Below, one piece after another: positions 31,894 through 34,706 of a DNA stretch of 34,706 nucleotides. The DNA comes from a virus, in the IMG/VR virus record IMGVR_UViG_3300045988_070092; one strand, written 5' to 3'. Every line of letters starts with the position of its first letter. Within the stretch, counting starts at the first letter, position 1. Position numbers and translations under genes: made by a program. The notes beneath the pieces are model-generated. The model searched no databases. It was not told the DNA's origin and saw only the letters and a program-made list of their open reading frames with translations.

Positions 31894-32312
31894 TATATTT
31901 CCTCCAATCTTTTTACTAATTCGTCTATAACTTCATTTACAATTTTGTCTTCGCTTGCATTCGCTCCATCAAACATGAACTGCTGATTCCCATAATGATG
32001 CTGTGTATTTGATCCATCATCTGGGAAATACAGATAGTGATACGGTCCTTTTGTTTTTACGATTACTGCAAGGTTCTCTTCCTTAAGTGTGAATGGATCT
32101 GTCTGTGAAGCAGCTGCTTTCTTTCCATTCCACGTTCTTCCGGATACAGGGAGAATCTTCTGAATGTTCTCTTTGATGATCCTTCCTCCTTCTGTGTGGA
32201 GGTAATCATTAATAATTCTTTCTGCCACCGCCCCATCGGAAAACTTGGAAATCGCATCTACAACACGTTCGAATTCTTTGGCGTCTAAATAGAAATAACT
32301 CATACTCTGCAC
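31893..32312 (-). CDS. Tail terminator / HK97 gp10-like protein
   Basis: 139 aa. ..PVSGRTWNGKK...YHYLYFPDDGS... Assigned by position. Confidence 0.65.
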   Translation of the reverse strand: MQSMSYFYLDAKEFERVVDAISKFSDGAVAERIINDYLHTEGGRIIKENIQKILPVSGRTWNGKKAAASQTDPFTLKEENLAVIVKTKGPYHYLYFPDDGSNTQHHYGNQQFMFDGANASEDKIVNEVIDELVKRLEEI

Positions 32313-32647
32313 CTTTTTTCTACTTTGGAAAATTCCATGGTCGCAATTTCAACCATTGTCTCTCCAGATTTTTCCACGTAATCATAAGTAGTCTCTGTGT
32401 TCGACTTATCAAATCCGACTTTTTTCATAGCTTGTAACACTTTTTCTTCCATTCCTTCTGGAATTTCCTCTTCTTTCACAATTGCTACGAAATATCTGGT
32501 AATCACACCAGCTCTACTCTCTGTCTTTCCTTTTCTCCGGCGGCCATAAACGATGCAGTCCCAGTTATTTCTGTTTTGAAAGCGTCCAATACCATAGAGT
32601 ACTTTTGGCTCTACCTCCTGTAATGCTTCTTTGATTTTTTTATTCAA
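32300..32647 (-). CDS. Head-tail joining / tail completion protein
   Basis: 115-aa ORF with overlapping starts and stops in the connector cluster. Confidence 0.6.
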   Translation of the reverse strand: MNKKIKEALQEVEPKVLYGIGRFQNRNNWDCIVYGRRRKGKTESRAGVITRYFVAIVKEEEIPEGMEEKVLQAMKKVGFDKSNTETTYDYVEKSGETMVEIATMEFSKVEKRCRV

Positions 32648-32972
32648 TCTTTCTCACCTCTTCCAGATAAAAATACAATTCCTGCTCCGCTCTCGACCTG
32701 TCGATGTAGATAATCGCATAGATCGTGTCTCCTATTACCACGTTTCTTGAACTGTCCATGTTCCCGTCATCCGGAGTAGCGATTTTAAGCGAGAGTGTTG
32801 TTCCTAACTGTTGCGCAAACTCTACGTCCTGCTGCCGGTTCGACTTTTCCGTATAATACAGAAAGCCCAGATGTTCTAAATCATCCAGGCTTTTTACATT
32901 GCTCTCTGGGTCTTTTTTTCTGTAGAGCTCTGCAATTCCATCACTGTAGCTCTTCTGTTTCTTCCTTGCCAT
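32640..32972 (-). CDS. Head closure / head-tail adaptor protein
   Basis: 110 aa. ..VVIGDTIYAIIYIDRSRAEQELYFYLEEV is like the C-terminus of SPP1 gp16-type adaptors. Confidence 0.65.
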   Translation of the reverse strand: MARKKQKSYSDGIAELYRKKDPESNVKSLDDLEHLGFLYYTEKSNRQQDVEFAQQLGTTLSLKIATPDDGNMDSSRNVVIGDTIYAIIYIDRSRAEQELYFYLEEVRKIE

Positions 32973-33267
32973 ATTTCACCTCGTATCTGTGCCTCTGTGT
33001 CAAGATTTCCCGTCTATAATTCACAGTGAATTCATTTGCCTGGTTGCTCCAACGATACAGGCAATATTCCAAAAACAATCCCCTTGTTAATCCTGGTGAT
33101 AACAGGTCGCTTTCATCTTCCTCTTTTATGCCAAGCAAATGCGTGATAACCGGAACTGCATCTTCTACAATTCTGGTTATCTGTTTATTTGTCTGTTCTT
33201 TCGACCAACTGATTTTGCATTTATTTTTTGCAAGCTCTACAAGAGTTCCTATCTGCTCTTCTGTCAT
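32941..33267 (-). CDS. Head-tail connector (gp6-like)
   Basis: 108-aa ORF immediately after the capsid gene. Confidence 0.65.
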   Translation of the reverse strand: MTEEQIGTLVELAKNKCKISWSKEQTNKQITRIVEDAVPVITHLLGIKEEDESDLLSPGLTRGLFLEYCLYRWSNQANEFTVNYRREILTQRHRYEVKYGKEETEELQ

Positions 33268-33272
33268 ATCTC

Positions 33273-34463
33273 TTACGCTGTTAATACATCAGCGTCGTTT
33301 CTGACTACGAAGTAAGCAGGATCCAGCGCTGAGATATCCAGCACAATTGCGACCGTATTATCCCAAGGGCGGCCATTTCCATGCATTTTAATTTTGTAGA
33401 CTCTCGCATCTTCGATGAATTTTGTAGAATCGTCTTTTTCGATGTTTCCATCTTTGTTTCCTCCGATTCCCATGAAATACTCTTCCGGCAGACAGAGGAT
33501 AGCCTGACCTGTCTTGACCTCATTCGATCTTACGACCTCTGTCGGGAACGGGAATAAGTCTTTCGCATAAGTTCCTGCTGCTGTCATGACCGTAGTTGCC
33601 GGCATAATTTTGGTCAGATAATCAATCTGGTTGCAGATCAGGAGTACTTCGTCAAATGCTCTAAGTCTTCCGCTTTCTGTCGTTGCAAGCTTTGCCACGA
33701 CCGGACCGTATTCTTTCGGCATGAAGCTTGTAACCTTAATCGGTGTCTTCTCCGGATATCCGGTAGAAGAATTGAAATCTACACCCTCGTGGATATCTCT
33801 GTTCAATCCGATCGGCTCATTTTTTCCTGATCCGCAAATGATTGCTTTCTCCAGTGCCACGTAAAGTGCCTCTTTCAGAATTGTTCTGATGTAATTATCG
33901 AGATAGGTAGGTCCCAAGTCTAACATGTCCTGCGGAATAACCGCGTAAGCACTTAACTTATACAGAGTCACTTCAATTTCTTTGAAGCCTGATGTGATCT
34001 GCTGCTTAATTTCATCGTTGATATTTCCCCACGCTGCGCTCTGCTTTGTATGGTCATTCAAGATCCATCTGGTCAGATACTTCACGTTCTGGAACGTAAT
34101 TTTATTTAAAAGCGGGTGTTCCTCTGTTAATTCTCTGTAGACATCCTCGATGATCGTCTCCGGCATTCCGCCATTTGTTGTAATGAGATCCGTAAATGCC
34201 TGCCGTGCATTACTCTCTTTTTCCGCTTTTACGAGCTTCTGATAGAACTCTGTCTCTTCTGTAGTCAGCATTCTATATCCGCGCTGTGCAAGCACCTTCT
34301 GATTGGTGTTGTACATCTCGCAATCTGTTTTTACCTTGTCTGAAATAGAATTGATGACCTGCTGCCACGCCTTTCCCGCTCCTTCTACATCTCCGCTCTG
34401 GAGTGCCTTTTGAAGCGCTGCTACTGCTTCTTTCTGTGCTACATCTGCTACGTTTCCTAACAT
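33273..34463 (-). CDS. Major capsid protein (HK97 fold type)
   Basis: 396-aa ORF after the ClpP-like protease. SD AGGAGGAAAAAAG. Confidence 0.88.
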   Translation of the reverse strand: MLGNVADVAQKEAVAALQKALQSGDVEGAGKAWQQVINSISDKVKTDCEMYNTNQKVLAQRGYRMLTTEETEFYQKLVKAEKESNARQAFTDLITTNGGMPETIIEDVYRELTEEHPLLNKITFQNVKYLTRWILNDHTKQSAAWGNINDEIKQQITSGFKEIEVTLYKLSAYAVIPQDMLDLGPTYLDNYIRTILKEALYVALEKAIICGSGKNEPIGLNRDIHEGVDFNSSTGYPEKTPIKVTSFMPKEYGPVVAKLATTESGRLRAFDEVLLICNQIDYLTKIMPATTVMTAAGTYAKDLFPFPTEVVRSNEVKTGQAILCLPEEYFMGIGGNKDGNIEKDDSTKFIEDARVYKIKMHGNGRPWDNTVAIVLDISALDPAYFVVRNDADVLTA

Positions 34464-34474
34464 CTTTTTTCCTC

Positions 34475-34706
34475 CTATAATGAAAACATATTGAAAAACG
34501 TCTCCATAGAGACATCGTCTTCCTGCTCTTCCGGTTTTACCAGTTCTTCAAATTCTTTTAGCTGGTCCGCAAAATTGGACTGCTTGATCTTGTCTTTCAT
34601 CTCATTGATTTTTTTTGTTGACTGCATCGCTTCATCTACTGCTATAGATGTGCGTCCGGCAATCTCATCAATGACTCCAAGCTCAAGAGCATCATCTGGA
34701 CCAAGA
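34475..34706 (-). CDS. ClpP-like prohead protease, C-terminal part (stop at 34475-34477); 34608-34706 duplicates 1-99
   Basis: Hand translation continues ..AVDEAMQSTKKINEMKDKIKQSNFADQLKEFEELVKPEEQEDDVSMETFFNMFSL*. Confidence 0.85.
   Translation of the reverse strand, partial: LGPDDALELGVIDEIAGRTSIAVDEAMQSTKKINEMKDKIKQSNFADQLKEFEELVKPEEQEDDVSMETFFNMFSL
34608..34706. repeat. Terminal assembly overlap, copy 2
   Basis: Identical to 1-99. Confidence 0.95.

Noticed and set aside
43-34515. Many plus-strand ORFs in the track that lie opposite long minus-strand genes, e.g. 43-351, 3088-3480, 12462-13061, 23044-23772, 27571-27960 and 28645-29208.
   Set aside because: They are antisense shadows of well-supported structural or replication genes. 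They lack SD sequences and have low-complexity Ser/Leu/Phe-rich translations.
34608-34706. The 99-bp terminal repeat as a biological direct terminal repeat of the virion DNA.
   Set aside because: It falls in the middle of the protease coding sequence and is exactly identical. This is the typical signature of an assembler closing a circle. It cannot be fully excluded without read data.
1-34706. CRISPR arrays, a diversity-generating retroelement, retrons, or integrase/transposase genes.
   Set aside because: I found no regularly spaced repeats, no reverse-transcriptase-like ORF, no template/variable repeat pair in the fibre genes, and no recombinase motifs.

Overview
This window is a complete, circularly closed genome of a siphovirus-type tailed phage or prophage. 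The unit is 34,607 bp, because bases 1-99 are identical to 34608-34706. The host is probably a low-GC Firmicute, likely Clostridia, judged from the ChW-repeat endolysin and the PcfJ/PcfK-like genes. I call about 60 genes, and all but three lie on the minus strand. In transcription order the modules are as follows. (1) ArpU/RinA-like regulator, Cys-rich protein, tRNA-like gene, HNH endonuclease, TerS, TerL, portal, ClpP-like protease (spans the junction) and HK97-type capsid. (2) Connector and tail genes, tail chaperone with a -1 frameshift, tape measure, Dit/Tal-position proteins and fibres, then a second fibre module. (3) An autonomous AT-rich moron, holin, ChW amidase and an XRE regulator. 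(4) An early/accessory region of small ORFs. (5) A rolling-circle (HUH) Rep, an RNase H-like protein and PcfK/PcfJ-like proteins. (6) Small early genes including a MazF/PemK-like toxin fusion, YopX and two DUF551 paralogs. No integrase is recognisable, although a 47-nt 3' fragment of tRNA-Lys(UUU) followed by a terminator is present. The most interesting signals are these. First, a moron with its own promoter and terminators encodes a membrane-anchored winged-helix protein. Second, three plus-strand islands carry sigma70-type promoters, and two of those promoters are paralogous. Third, a conserved 16-bp palindrome TGTGCGACGTCGCACA occurs four times. Fourth, there is an atypical tRNA-like gene. 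Fifth, a candidate antisense sRNA lies upstream of rep. Sixth, the MazF-like toxin has no canonical antitoxin. All functional calls come from reading motifs by eye; no database search was possible.
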